DNA of 63,103 nucleotides, counting the filler, from Chiloscyllium plagiosum (Eukaryota), in the NCBI RefSeq assembly GCF_004010195.1. It is 3 parts of one record of this genome, joined end to end, with 100 filler letters (N's around TTAATTAATTAA, not from the genome) between each part and the next. Parts side by side here need not be neighbours in the genome. Positions count along the whole stretch, not along the records: positions 15,841 to 47,584 come from NC_057714.1; 2 more parts are not named here. The stretch is one strand, 5' to 3'. The notes under the pieces were generated by a model that saw only the letters and a list, made by a program, of their open reading frames with translations, was not told where the DNA came from and searched no databases. Positions 25,901-37,629 of the stretch are shown in pieces (within the stretch, counting starts at the first letter, position 1; each line of letters starts with the position of its first letter). A program made the translations under genes and the position numbers.

Positions 25901-28900
25901 TCGGCACAACATCGTGGGCCAAACGGCCTGTTCTGTGCTGTACTTTTCTATGTTCTATGTTCTTACCACCTTTATTTCTCAGTGAGATATATTTCAGTTG
26001 TGAGGAATTGAGTTTCTCCTTAAACCACTGCCATTGCTCATTTGCTGTCTTACCTTTTAGCCTTCTCGCCCAATTTACTTGGGCCAAATCTGTCCTCATA
26101 GAACATAGAACAGTACAGCCCAGTACAGGCCCTTTGGCCCTCGATGTTGTGCCGACCATTTATCCTACTCTACAAACAAACTAACCTATGTACCCTTCAT
26201 TTTATCATAATCTGTATGTAATTTCTTTTGTTTAATTCCAGAACACTACTGTGGGACTCCACTTTCTCACCCACAAACTGAATGTTGAATTCTATCATAT
26301 TATGGTCACTACTCCATAGGAAATTCTTAGTTATGATGTCATCAATTCATCTCTCCTCATTACACAATACTGGTGGAACCACAATGGGGTCCACTAGCTC
26401 CCACATCAAGCAGAAACAACACTGTGCCTCCATCATGATTTTATTTAACTTGTTTTGAATTTGCTTTTTTATGATGTTTTAATACTCGGCGTCAAAGGGA
26501 GTGAATGTTGAAGGTGTTGGATGGGATTACAAGCAAACATAATCAGGGTGACGATGGCCAAATAATCTTATCATTAGACTATTTATCCAGAAATTCAAAT
26601 AATATTCTGGGGGCTAGGGTTTGACTGCTGCCATGATAGATAAATTCTATCAAACATATCTGGAAGTAAGTATCTACTGATGACCATGATACGAGGGTTA
26701 GACAACATGGAAGCAGACTCTTCAGTGTAACTTGTCCATCCCAACCATACATTCAAATTCGCCAGAAATTGGCACAAAGGTTCCCCATGGGAGACTGATT
26801 AGCAAGGTTAGATCTCACGGAATACAGGGAGAACTAGCCATTTGGATACAGAACTGGCTCAAAGGTAGAAGACAGAGGGTGGTGGTAGAGGGCTGTTTTT
26901 CAGGCTGGAGGCCTGTGACCAGTGGAGTGCCACAAGGATCGGTGCTGGATCCTCTACTTTTTGTCATTTACATAAATGATTTGGATGCGAGAATAAGAGG
27001 TACAGTTAGTAAGTTTGCAGATGACACCAAAATTGGAGGTGTAGTGGACAGCGAAGAGGGTTACCTCAGATTACAAAAGGCGTTTGGTATGCTTTCCTTT
27101 ATTGGTCAGAGTATTGAATACAGGAGTTGGGAGGTCATGTTGCGGCTGTACAGGACATTGGTTAGGCCACTGTTCGAATATTGCGTGCAATTCTGGTCTC
27201 CTTCCTATCAGAAAGATGTTGTGAAACTTGAAAGTGTTCAGAAAAGATTTACAAGGATGTTGCCATGGCTGGAGGGTTTGAGCTATACGGAGAGGCTGAA
27301 CAGGCTGGGGCTATTTTCCCTGGAGCATCGGAGGCTGAGGGGTGACCTTAGAGATTTACAAAATTATGAGGGGCATGGATAGGGTAAATAGGCAGTCTTT
27401 TCCCTGGGGTTGGGGAGTCCAGATCTAAAGGGCATAGATTTAGGGTGAGAGGGGAAAGACATAAAAGAGACCTATGGGGCAATGTTTTCACACAGAGTGG
27501 TACATGTATGGAATGAGCTGCCAGAGGAAGTGGTGGAGGCTGGTACAACTAAAAGGCACCTTTTATGGTATCTGAACAGGTGGGCTTAGTCATAGAATCA
27601 TTGAGATGTACAGCATGGAAACAGACCCTTCGGTCCAACCTGTCCATGCCGACCAGATATCCCAACCTAATCTAGTCCCACCTGCCAGCACCCAGCTCAT
27701 ATCCCTCCAAACCCTTCCTATTCATATACCCATCCAAATACCTCTTAAATGTTGGTAGCTCATTCCATATACGCACTACCCTCTGTGGGGAAAAAGGTGC
27801 CCTTTAGGTCTCTTTTAAATCTTTCCCCTCTCAACTTAAACCTATGCCCTCTAGTTTTGTACTCCCCTGCCCTGGGAAAAAAGAATTTGGCAATTCACCC
27901 TATCCATGCTCCTCATGAATTTATAAACCTATATTAGGTCACCCTTCAGGCTCTGGCATTCCAGGCAAAATAGCCCCATCCTATTCAGTCTCTTCCCTAT
28001 AGCTCAAACTCCCCAACTCAGACAACATCCTTTGAAATCTTTCTTGCGCTCTTTCAAGTTTAACATTTTTTGCATAGCAGGGAGACCAGATTTGAATGCA
28101 GTATTCCAAAAGTGACCTAACCAACTTCCTATACAGCTGCAACATGACATCCCAACTCCTATATTCAATGCACTGATCAATAATGTGTGTTTGGAAGCAA
28201 AAACCAGGCAGCAGCTTACTACCTGAATGGGTGTAACTTGGAAGAGGGGAGTGTGCAGTGGGACCTGGGTGTCCTTGTGCACCATCACTGAAGGTAAGCA
28301 TGCAGGTGCAGCAGGTGGGAAAGAAGGCAAATGGGCTGTTGGCCTTCATTGTGTGAGGTTTCGAGTACAGGAGCAGGAATGTGTCGTTGCAGTTAAACAG
28401 GGCCTTGGTAAGGCCACACCGAGAATATTGTGGGCAGGTTTGGTTTCCTTTTCTGAGGAAGGATGCTCTTGTTCTTGAGGGAAAACAGTGAGGGTTTACC
28501 AGGCTGATTCTGGGGATGGTGGGACTGACATATGAGGAGAGATTGACGAGGTTAGGATTGTTTTTGCTGGAGTTCAGTCGATTGAGGGGGGAGTCTCATA
28601 GAGACTTATAACATTCTCACAGCACTAGACAGGGTGGATGCAGGAGGATATTCCCGATGTGGGTGTTTCCAGAACTAGGGGTCATAGTTTGAGTATTCAA
28701 AGTTTGTGCGAAGATTTGTAGCTCGGGTGCTCGTAACAGAACCACAACAGTTTGAGTATTCGGGGTGGACCATTTAGGTCAGAGATGAGGAGACATTTTT
28801 TCACCCAGAGAGTGGGGAGCCTGTGGAATTCATTACCACAGGAGGTGGTTGATGTCAAAACATTGAGTGTATTCAAGAGGCTGGTAGGTATAGCACTTGG

Positions 28901-29270
28901 GGTAAATGCGATCAAAGGTTATGGGGAGAAAGCAGAATTAGGCTATTGAGTTCGATGAACAGCCATGATCGTAATGAATGGCAGTGCAGGCTTGAAGGGC
29001 CGAATAGCCTCCTCCTGTCCCCATATTCTATGTTTCTATAAAGGCAGGTGTACCAAATACCTCCTTCACTATCCTGTCTACCTATGACTCCACCTTCAAG
29101 GAACTGTGAACCTGCAACCCAAGGTCTCTTTGTTCGACAACACTCCCTTGGACCCTACCATTAAGTATATACATCTTGCCATGATTTGTTTTAGGAAAAT
29201 GCAACACTTACACCAATTTAAATTAAACTCCATTAACCACTCGTTGGCCCATAGGACCATGTGATCGGGG
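19975..29270. mobile_element. Pile-up of CR1 LINEs in alternating orientation (- 19980-24510, + 24530-25960, - about 25960-26360, + 26680-27590, - 27590-28180, + 28190-29040, - 29040-29270)
   Basis: Repeated CR1 ORF2 motifs, including endonuclease ITETW..Q.W and GGGVALL at about 23 kb, RT QHGF..GRSC.TNL.E.F, and several 3' tails. Confidence 0.9.
22926..23378. repeat. About 226-bp near-identical tandem duplication inside CR1
   Basis: gcctgtagaaaactc...gtctctgtaat occurs at 22935 and again at 23161. Confidence 0.9.
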
Positions 29271-29872
29271 TACTTGAATGTCAGAAAAATGCATTGGCTC
29301 ACTAATAAAGTCTTTTCGGGAAAGAAATTTATCATTCTCAACTGGTGTGGTCTACATGTGACTCCAGAGCCACACTGACTCTTGACTACCTTCTGAGCAA
29401 TTAAGGGTGGGCAATAAATGCTCATCCAGCCAGCAAAACCCATATCCAGGAATTAACAAGAAAAAAAGCACTACCTTGTCTGAGATGGGTGTTACGTTCC
29501 TGACTAATGCTGGAGTTGCAGAATGTTTCATCACATTCCTGACTTGTGATTTGTAGATGGTGAACAGGTTTTGCTGAGTCACGAGGTAAGTTACTCGGAA
29601 CTTAATGTCACTGACATGCTGTTTTGGTTACAGTAGTTATCTGACCGGTCCATATTCTGGTCAAGGGAACCCCGATAAATTTGATAAGGCAGTTTTCAGT
29701 GATTATAAAACCAATGCATGTCAAGGGGCGATGATTAGATTCCTTCTTGTTTGAGAAGGCTATTACCTCAGAATGTAGGAGTAGGAATAGACCATTCAGC
29801 CCAGTGTCCCCACTTTGCCATTTGTGATGATCATTATTAGTTATGCATCTGCTACTACCGTGGTACACTCAC

Positions 29873-29924
29873 CCATCTTCACTCACTGTCAGGGAGGCTT
29901 TAGGAAGGTTAACCATTTTTACTC
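29873..29924 (-). CDS. Candidate 52-bp companion exon, phase 1-2: (R)VKMVNLPKASLTVSED
   Basis: Acceptor cttccctatttcAG; donor GTGAGT; open in the frame that continues from the 30169 mini-exon. Confidence 0.4.
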
Positions 29925-30168
29925 CTGAAATAGGGAAGCTAACTGTCATTTAAAAAGCAGCAAGGTTTGTCCGACAATGTTGCTCCTTTCTGAGTGGTAT
30001 TGCCCCCTAATGGACTCATTCTGGACTGGCAAGACTCAGAATTTAAATCTGAAAATCACTGGCACTTCTTGGGCAGTTTTAAGCAGTTTTCATGTGGGGG
30101 TCGAATCTGTTCTGACTACAAGTGGAACTTCAGGACGATTACTGAAAGTAACATTTGAGCTGACTTAC

Positions 30169-30228
30169 TGTCAGTGTCAAGAGTTGGAATCAAAGGATGA
30201 AAGGATGAGTCGGTGGTATCATATGTCG
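30169..30228 (-). CDS. 60-bp phase 1-1 mini-exon, type D: (T)TYDTTDSSFHPLIPTLDTD
   Basis: Acceptor ttcttttcttctctttccacAG; donor GTAAGT; peptide identical to the 19429 copy. Confidence 0.85.
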
Positions 30229-30729
30229 CTGTGGAAAGAGAAGAAAAGAACATCTAGCATTTATCTCTGTAACTCCCGCAGGTATGAGGTGTAAGTATTT
30301 TAATTATTCTTAATTCAATCGTGGGAATGAGATCCACTGGCTGGGACCAATCCTGATTACCCTGGTGAAGATGATGATGAGCTGCAAATTGGAACTTCTG
30401 AATTCCTTGAGGTATAGAGACACCCACGATGCTGTTAGGCAGGGAGGTTCCCTGGCCAAGGGAGAATAGGGGAATGGCAATCTATTTGCAAGGCAGGACC
30501 ATGTTTGTCTTAGAGGGGAACATGCAGGTGGCAGCGTTCCCATACCCCTCCTGCCATTTTCCTCCTAGATGGCAGAGGTTGTGGGCTTGGGGGTGCATTC
30601 AAAAGAGCCTGAGTGAATTGTTGCAGTGCATCTTGGGAATGGTACACAATATTGCTTGTGTCACTCAGTGCCAAAGGAGTGAGTATTAAATGTAGTAGAT
30701 GGAATTACAACCAAATTTAATCAGGATGT

Positions 30730-31075
30730 TGATGGCCCAATGGTATTATCATTAAATTATTTATCTATAAACACAGGTGGGGACCAAGATTCAAATCCCA
30801 TGATAGCAGCTGGTGTAATTTGAATTCAATAAACAATATCCAGAAGTAAGATCTATTGATGACCATGAAACCATAATCGATTATCATAAAAGCTCATGGG
30901 CTTATTAATGCATCCTTCAGGGAAAGAAATCTACCATGCTCATCTGATCTGGCCAACATGTGACTCCAGAGCCACAATGACTATCAACTGCCCTCTGTGC
31001 AATTAGGGATCAGCAATAAATCCTCACCCAACCAGAGATACCCTCATCCATGAATGAATGAGAAAAAAAAAAATG
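30730..31075 (+). mobile_element. DeuSINE (SacSINE1-like); paralogs at about 32960-33300 and 35480-35815 (+), 31520-31860, 33760-34078 and 36260-36605 (-), 41160-41530 (+)
   Basis: Degenerate tRNA head, core ccttcagggaaagaaatct..catgtgactccagagccac, tail catccatgaatgaat followed by polyA. Confidence 0.7.
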
Positions 31076-31939
31076 ATTGTTTCATCTGGCATAGGTGACT
31101 AGTCCTTGAGTGTTGCTGGAGTTGCACTCATTCAGGAGCAGCAGAACGTTTCATCACATTCCCTCGTTTGATCTCAGAACATAGTAAAAATGGACCATTC
31201 AGCCCATTGAGCCCACTTTGCCATTTGATATGATCATTATGGGTTATGCACCTGTCATCCTGACACATTCATCTTTCTTCATTCACTCTCTGGGAATCTA
31301 TGGGAACGTTAAACTTTTTTTACTCCTGGAATAGGGCAGCAAAGTGCATTTAAAAAGTGGTGAGGTTTGTCCTACACTGTTGCTCTTGTGTTAAGTGGTT
31401 TTCTCCCTGGTTTTCCCCATTGGAAACTTCCAGGACAGGTAAAACTCAGAATTTAAGCCGCAAATCTCCGGAAAATGTTCTCAGCAAGTAATTTTAAACT
31501 GGATTCCTCTGGGTTTTACTTTTAATTCTTTCATGGTATGAGGGCTAGGCCAGCACGTTTTGCCTATTCCCAATTGTCCAAGGGGCAAGTTAAGAGTCAG
31601 CCACATTGTTGTGGGTCAGGAGTCACATGTAGGCCAGACCAGGTAAGGATGACAGTTTCCTTCCCTGAAGGACATTAGTGAGCCAAAAGGGTCCTTCCAA
31701 CAATGGGTCCACGTCCACCCTGAGACTATTCATTCCAGAATTTTATTGAGTTCACATTCCACCATGTCCTGAGGAAGGATTCAAACCCAGTCTCCTGAAC
31801 ATTATCTGGGTCCATAGATTTATAGATTAGCAATAACACCGCTGAGCCATTGCCTCCCTATATTCAATCTGTTGAATTTGTTCCAATTGTAATTGGAACT
31901 TAGGGAGCATAACTAAAACTATCATTTGAGCTGACTTAC

Positions 31940-31999
31940 TGTCGGTATCAGTTGTTGGAAACAAAGAATGGAATGTCGAGTCATGTGTATGATATGTTG
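31940..31999 (-). CDS. 60-bp phase 1-1 mini-exon, type A: (T)TYHTHDSTFHSLFPTTDTD
   Basis: Acceptor ttctattcttcactttccacAG; donor GTAAGT; open frame. Confidence 0.8.
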
Positions 32000-32367
32000 C
32001 TGTGGAAAGTGAAGAATAGAACATTCAGCATTTATCTATGAGATGCATCAGATATGAGTTGTAAGCGTTGTACTTATTTTTAATCCGTTTGTGGGATCGG
32101 GCATCATTGGCTGGGACCAATCCTAATTATCCTGGAGAAGGTGGTGATGAACTGACTTTTAGAGCCTCTGAATTCCTTGGATTGTTGAGACACCCACAAT
32201 GCTGTTCTGCAGAGGGTTCCTTGGCTCAGTGAGAGTTAAAAATTGCTCTTAGGTCTGGGGACAATCTTAACGTGAATTACTGTGGGTTGAGTTTGTTCCA
32301 ACCGTAATTAGAATTTCAGCACCATTTTAAAACATCTTATTGAACAATAATATTTGAGTTGACTTAC

Positions 32368-32427
32368 TGTCGATATCACAGGTTGTGTCGTAAGTGTGTA
32401 ATCTTGAGTCGGTGGAATCATACGTGG
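32368..32427 (-). CDS. 60-bp phase 1-1 mini-exon, type B: (T)TYDSTDSRLHTYDTTCDID
   Basis: Acceptor ttctgtattctttacacacAG; donor GTAAGT; open frame. Confidence 0.8.
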
Positions 32428-34158
32428 CTGTGTGTAAAGAATACAGAATTGAACATGTCTTCATTACTCATTATAACAAGCACAGAAATGAGGCATAAGT
32501 GTTACATTTTTTGGTTTTCCTTCATGTGATTGTGCACTACTGGCTAGACAGGCATTTATTTTCCATTCTGCACAGCCCCGGAGAAGGTGATGGTGAGCTC
32601 TCTTCTTGAATCACTCAAATCTTTCTGTTGTCAGGACTCCTAAAATCATGTTCGATATGGGGTTCCTTGACAACGCGATAATGAAGGAATGGTGATACAT
32701 TTCAGGTCAAGACGGTGTGCGATTTGAAAAGGAACTCATTGGAGCTGATGTTCCCAAGCCTTTGTCTTTCTGGATGGCAGAGGTTGTGGGTTTGGAGGCG
32801 CATCCAAAAGACAAAGAACAAAGAAAATAATCTAGCCCTGGAGGAATTGATGCAGTGCATCTTGGGAATGGTACAAAATGTTGCTAGCGTCACTCAGTGT
32901 CAAAGAGAGTGAGTGTTGAATGTAGTAGATGGGATTACAACCAAATTTAACCAGAGTACCCAATGGTTTTATCATTAGATTATTTATCTATAAAGTCAGT
33001 TGAAATTCTGGGCACCAAGATTCGAAACCCTCCATGGCAGATGGTGGAATTTAAATTCAATAAAGAATATCCAGAAATAAGAATCTATTAATAACTATGA
33101 AGCCATAGTCGATTGTCAGAAAAACTCATGGGCTTATTAATACATCCTTCACGGAAATAAATCTACCATTTTTACCTGGTCTGGCCTACATGTAACTAAC
33201 TCCGAGCCACACAGACTATCAACTGCCCTCTGGGCAATTAGGGATCAGCAATAAATGCTCATCCAGAGTGATACCCTCATCCATGAATGAATGTGAATAA
33301 ATGATTGTTTCACCTAGCTTGGAGGACAAGTCTTGAGTGTTGCTAGAGTTGCACTCATCCAGAAGCAGCAGGATGTTTCATCACATTCCCTCTGATTTTT
33401 AGTGGTCACTATCTCAGAACATAGGAAGAATGGACCATTCAGCCCATTGTGAATGCATTGCTATTTGATATGATCATTATGGGTTTTGCACCTCCCATCC
33501 TGAAAAAAATAACCTTTCTTCATTCACTCTCTGGGAGGCTTTGGGAACATTAAACTATTTTACTCCTGAAATAGGGCAGCAAAGTGCCTTTAAAAAGTGG
33601 TGAGGTTTGTCCTATAATGTCACTCTTGTGTTGAGTGGTTTGCTCCTTGGTTTCCCCCAATGGAAACATTCAGGCAGGTAAGACTCAGAATTTAAGCCAC
33701 AAATCTCTGGCAATTATTACCGGTAAGCAATTTTAAACTAGATTCCTCTGGGTTTTATTTTTAATTCATTCATGGGATGAGGGCATTGCTGGCTAGGCCA
33801 GCACGTTTTGCCTAATCACAGAGACGCAGTTAAGAGTCAGCCACATTGCTGTGGGTCAGGAGTCACATGTAGGCTAGACCAGGTAAAGATGGCAATTTCC
33901 TGCCAAAGGACATTAGTAAAAAAATGGGTTTTTCTAACAATGGGTCCATTTCCATCCTGACACTCTTAATTCTAGATTTTTACTGAGTTCACATGCCACC
34001 ATCGGACTCACTCCTCTGAACATTTTCTGGGTCTCTGAATTTAGTCCAGCAATAATACCACTTAGCCATTACCTCCCTATATTCAATTTGTTGATTCTGT
34101 TCCAACTGTAATTGGAATTTCAGGAGCAGAACTGAAAATAATATTGGAGCTGACAAAC

Positions 34159-34218
34159 TGTCAGTATCAGTCGTTGAAAACAAAGAATGGAATGTCGAGT
34201 CATGTGTATGATATGTTG
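34159..34218 (-). CDS. 60-bp phase 1-1 mini-exon, type A: (T)TYHTHDSTFHSLFSTTDTD (weakened donor GTTTGT)
   Basis: Acceptor intact; GT kept but +3/+4 mutated; open frame. Confidence 0.65.
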
Positions 34219-34566
34219 CTGTGGAAAGTGAAGAATAGAACATTCAGCATTTATCTATGCGATGCATCAGATGTGAGTCGTAAGCGTTGTACTTATCTTT
34301 AATCCGTTTGTGGGATCGGGCATCATTGGCTGGGACCAATCCTAATTATCCTGGAGAAGGTGGAACCTCTGAACACCTTGGATTGTTGAGACACCCACAA
34401 TGCTGTTCAGCAGAGGGTTCCTTGGCTCAGTGAGAGTTAAAATTGCTGTTAGGTCGGGGACAATCTTACCATGGATTACTTTGGGTTGAATCTGTTCCAA
34501 CGGTTATTAGAATTTCAGCACTATTTTGAAACATTTTATTGAACAATAGTATTTGAGTTGACTTAC

Positions 34567-34626
34567 TGTCGGTCTCACAGGTCGTGTCATAAGTGTGTAA
34601 TCTTGAGTCGGTGGAATCATATGTGG
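34567..34626 (-). CDS. 60-bp phase 1-1 mini-exon, type B: (T)TYDSTDSRLHTYDTTCETD
   Basis: Acceptor ttcttttttttacacacAG; donor GTAAGT; open frame. Confidence 0.8.
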
Positions 34627-34853
34627 CTGTGTGTAAAAAAAAAGAATTCAACATTTCTTCATTACTCAATATAACAAGCACAGAAAGGAGGCATAAGTGT
34701 TACATTTTTTGGAGTTACTTCAAGAGATTGTGCACTACTGGCCAAAAAGGCATTTATTTTCCATTCTGCATAGGCCTGGAGAAGGTAATGGTGAGCTGTC
34801 TTCTTGAATCACTGAAATTTTGCTTTTGTAGGGACTCCTAAAATTATGTTATA

Positions 34854-35009
34854 GAACATAGAACATAGAACATAGAAGAATACAGCGCAGTACAGGCCCT
34901 TCGGCCCTCGATGTTGCGCCGATCCAAGCCCACCTAACCTACACTAGCCCACTATCCTCCATATGCCTATCCAATGCCCGCTTAAATGCCCATAATGAGG
35001 GAGCCCATA
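34854..35009 (-). mobile_element. Short CR1 3' end insertion with 8-bp TSD
   Basis: (ACATAGA)n tail; ATGTTATA at 34846-34853 and 35010-35017; absent from the paralogous units. Confidence 0.75.
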
Positions 35010-35275
35010 ATGTTATAAAAAGAGCTCCTTGACCAAGTGACAATGAAGGATTGGCGATACATTTTCAAGTCAGGGTGGTGTGCGATTTGGAAAGGAACTC
35101 ATAGAAGCTGATATTCCCATGCACCTGCTGCTTTTGTCCTTCTAGATGACAGAGGTTGTGGGTTTAGAGATGCATGCAAAAGACCCTGGATGAATTGCTG
35201 CAGTGCATCTTGGGAATGGTACAAAATGTTGCCAGTGTCACTCAGTGTCAAAGGGAGTGAGTGTTGAATGTAGTA

Positions 35276-35444
35276 CAGAGGAACCTTGATTATCCAAATG
35301 ACACGGGTATTTTGTTCGGATAGTCGAATGTTCAGATATTTGAAGGCCGGATAGCACAGTTTAACCAAGCATCGGGAGCTTTCAATCTTGTCCGGATAAT
35401 CCGAAATTCGGAATATCGAATACCGGATAATCGAGGTTCCTCTG
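35276..35444. mobile_element. 169-bp MITE, Tc1/mariner (pogo/Tigger-like)
   Basis: TIRs CAGAGGAACCTTGATTATCC / GGATAATCGAGGTTCCTCTG; inserted at a TA (right copy reads TC); paralogous units show the empty site tgtagtagatgg. Confidence 0.85.
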
Positions 35445-36014
35445 TCGATGGGATTACAACCAAATTTAATCAAGAAGGTGATGGCCCAATGATATTATCA
35501 TTAGATTATTTATCAATAAACTCAGCTGAAATTCTAGGGACCAAGATTTGAATCACTCCAGAGCAGATGGTGGAATTTAAATTCAATAAAGAATATCCAG
35601 AAATAAGAATCTATTGATGACCATGAAGCCATAGTCGATTGCCAGAAAAGCTCATGGGCTTACTAATACATCCTTCGGGGAAAGAAATCTACCATTTTTA
35701 CCTGGTCTGGCCAATCTGTGACTCTGAGCCACACAGGCTATCAACTGCCCTCTGGGCAATAAATGCTCATCCAGCCAGTGATACCCTCATCCACGAATGA
35801 ATGAGAAAAAAAAAGATTGTTTCATCTGGCATAGGTGACTAGTCCTTGAGTGTTGCTGGAGTTACACTCATTCAGGAGCAGCAGAATGTTTCATCACATT
35901 CCCTCTCGTTTGATCCCAGAAAATAATAGGAATAGACCGTTCAGCCCATTGAGCCCACTTTGCCACTTGATATGATCATTATGGGTTATGCACCAGTCAT
36001 CCTGACACACTCAC

Positions 36015-36066
36015 CTTTCTTCATTCACTCTCTGGGAGGCTATGGGAACGTTAAACTGTTTTATTC
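36015..36066 (-). CDS. Candidate 52-bp companion exon, phase 1-2: (R)IKQFNVPIASQRVNEE
   Basis: Acceptor cttgctgccctatttcAG; donor AG/GTGAGT; open frame. Confidence 0.4.
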
Positions 36067-36685
36067 CTGAAATAGGGCAGCAAGGTGCCACAAAAAAGTG
36101 GTGAGTATTGTCCTACAATGTTGCTCTTGAGTTGAGTGGTTTTCTCCCTGGTTTCCCCGCAATGGAAACATTCAGGACAGGTAAGACCCAGAATTTAAGC
36201 CACAAATATCTGGCAATTATTAAGCGATTTTAAACTGGATTTCCTCTGGGTTTTATTTTTAATTCATTCATGGGATGAGGGCATTGCTGGCTAGGCAAGC
36301 ACTTTTTGCCTAATCCCAATTGTCCAGAGGGACAGTTAAGAGTCAGCCATATTGCTGTGGGTCAGGAGTCACATGTAGGCCAGACCACGTAAGGATGACA
36401 GTTTCTTTCCCTAAAGGACATTAGTGAACTAAATGGGTCTTTCCAACAATGGGTCCACATCCATTCTGAGACTCTTAATTCCAAATTTTTATTAAGTTCA
36501 CATTCCACTATCTTCTGTGGAAGGACTTGAATCCACTCCCCAGGACATTATCTGGGTCTCTGGATTTATAGTCCAGCAATAATGCCACTGAGCCATTGCC
36601 TTCCCAAATTCAATCTGTTGAATCTGTTCCAACTGCAAATGGAACTTTAGGAGCATAGTTGAAAATAATATCTGGGCTGACTTAC

Positions 36686-36745
36686 TGTCAGTATCAGTCG
36701 TCGGAAACGAAGAATCAAATGTCGAGTCATGTGTATGATATGTTG
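36686..36745 (-). CDS. 60-bp phase 1-1 mini-exon, type A: (T)TYHTHDSTFDSSFPTTDTD
   Basis: Acceptor ttctattctttctctttccacAG; donor GTAAGT; open frame. Confidence 0.8.
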
Positions 36746-36992
36746 CTGTGGAAAGAGAAAGAATAGAACATTCAGCATTTATCTATGAGATCCATCAGAT
36801 AATGAGTTGAAAGCACTGTAATTATTTTAATCCATTTGTGGGATTGGGTATCATTGGCTGGGACCAATCCTAATTATCCTGGAGAAAGTGATGATGAGCT
36901 GCCTTTTGGAGTCTCTGAATTCCTTGGGTTGTTGAGATACCCACAATGCTGTTCTGCAGAGGGTTCCTTGGCTAAGTGAGAGTTACAGTCAT

Positions 36993-37003
36993 ATCATACG
37001 TGG
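36993..37003 (-). pseudogene. Remnant of a type-B mini-exon (first ~11 bp plus acceptor; remainder and donor deleted)
   Basis: atcatacgtgg+ctatgtgtaaag matches 32417-32439; roughly 170-180 bp missing relative to the 34.4-34.6 kb unit. Confidence 0.7.
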
Positions 37004-37629
37004 CTATGTGTAAAGAAGACAAAATTCAACATTTCTTCATTACTCAATATAACAAGCACAGAAAGGAGGCACAAGTATTACACCTTTTGATGTTCCTTCA
37101 TGAGATTGTGCATTACTGGCTAGGCAGGCATTTATTTTCCAATCTGCATTGGCCTGGAGAAGGTGACAGTGAGCTATCTTCTTGAATCACTGAATTTTTT
37201 CTGTTGTAGAGACTCCTAAGATCGTGTTAGAAAAAGAGTTCCTTAACCAAGTGACAATGAAGGAATGGCAATACATTTTCAAGTCAGGGTGGTGTGCGAT
37301 TTGGAAAGGAACTCATCAGAGCTGATGTTCCCATGCACCTGCTGCCTTTGTCCTTCTGGATGGCAGAAGTTGTGGCTTTGGAAGCTGTTACATCAGGATT
37401 CTGGGGTGTGTTGCTGCAGTGCATCTTGTAGATGGTACACACTGTTGGCACTATGCCTTGTGACGCTGAAAAGAAGTTTTGATAATGTTGGATGGAGTGC
37501 CTATCAAACAAGCTGCTTTGTCCAGGATGGTATCAAGCTCTTCAGTATTATTGAAGCTGTATTCATTCAGACTAGTGGAGAGGGGTAATGACTAGATTGC
37601 AACTTAATTGAGATGGTCATTGCTTAGGA

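Noticed and set aside
19354..30294. Paralogous plus-strand ORFs 19354..19554 and 29977..30294 (VESVLT..GTSG.LLK..FELTYC...)
   Set aside because: They are shadows of the minus-strand exons. Differences are synonymous only in the minus frame, and the splice signals are on the minus strand.
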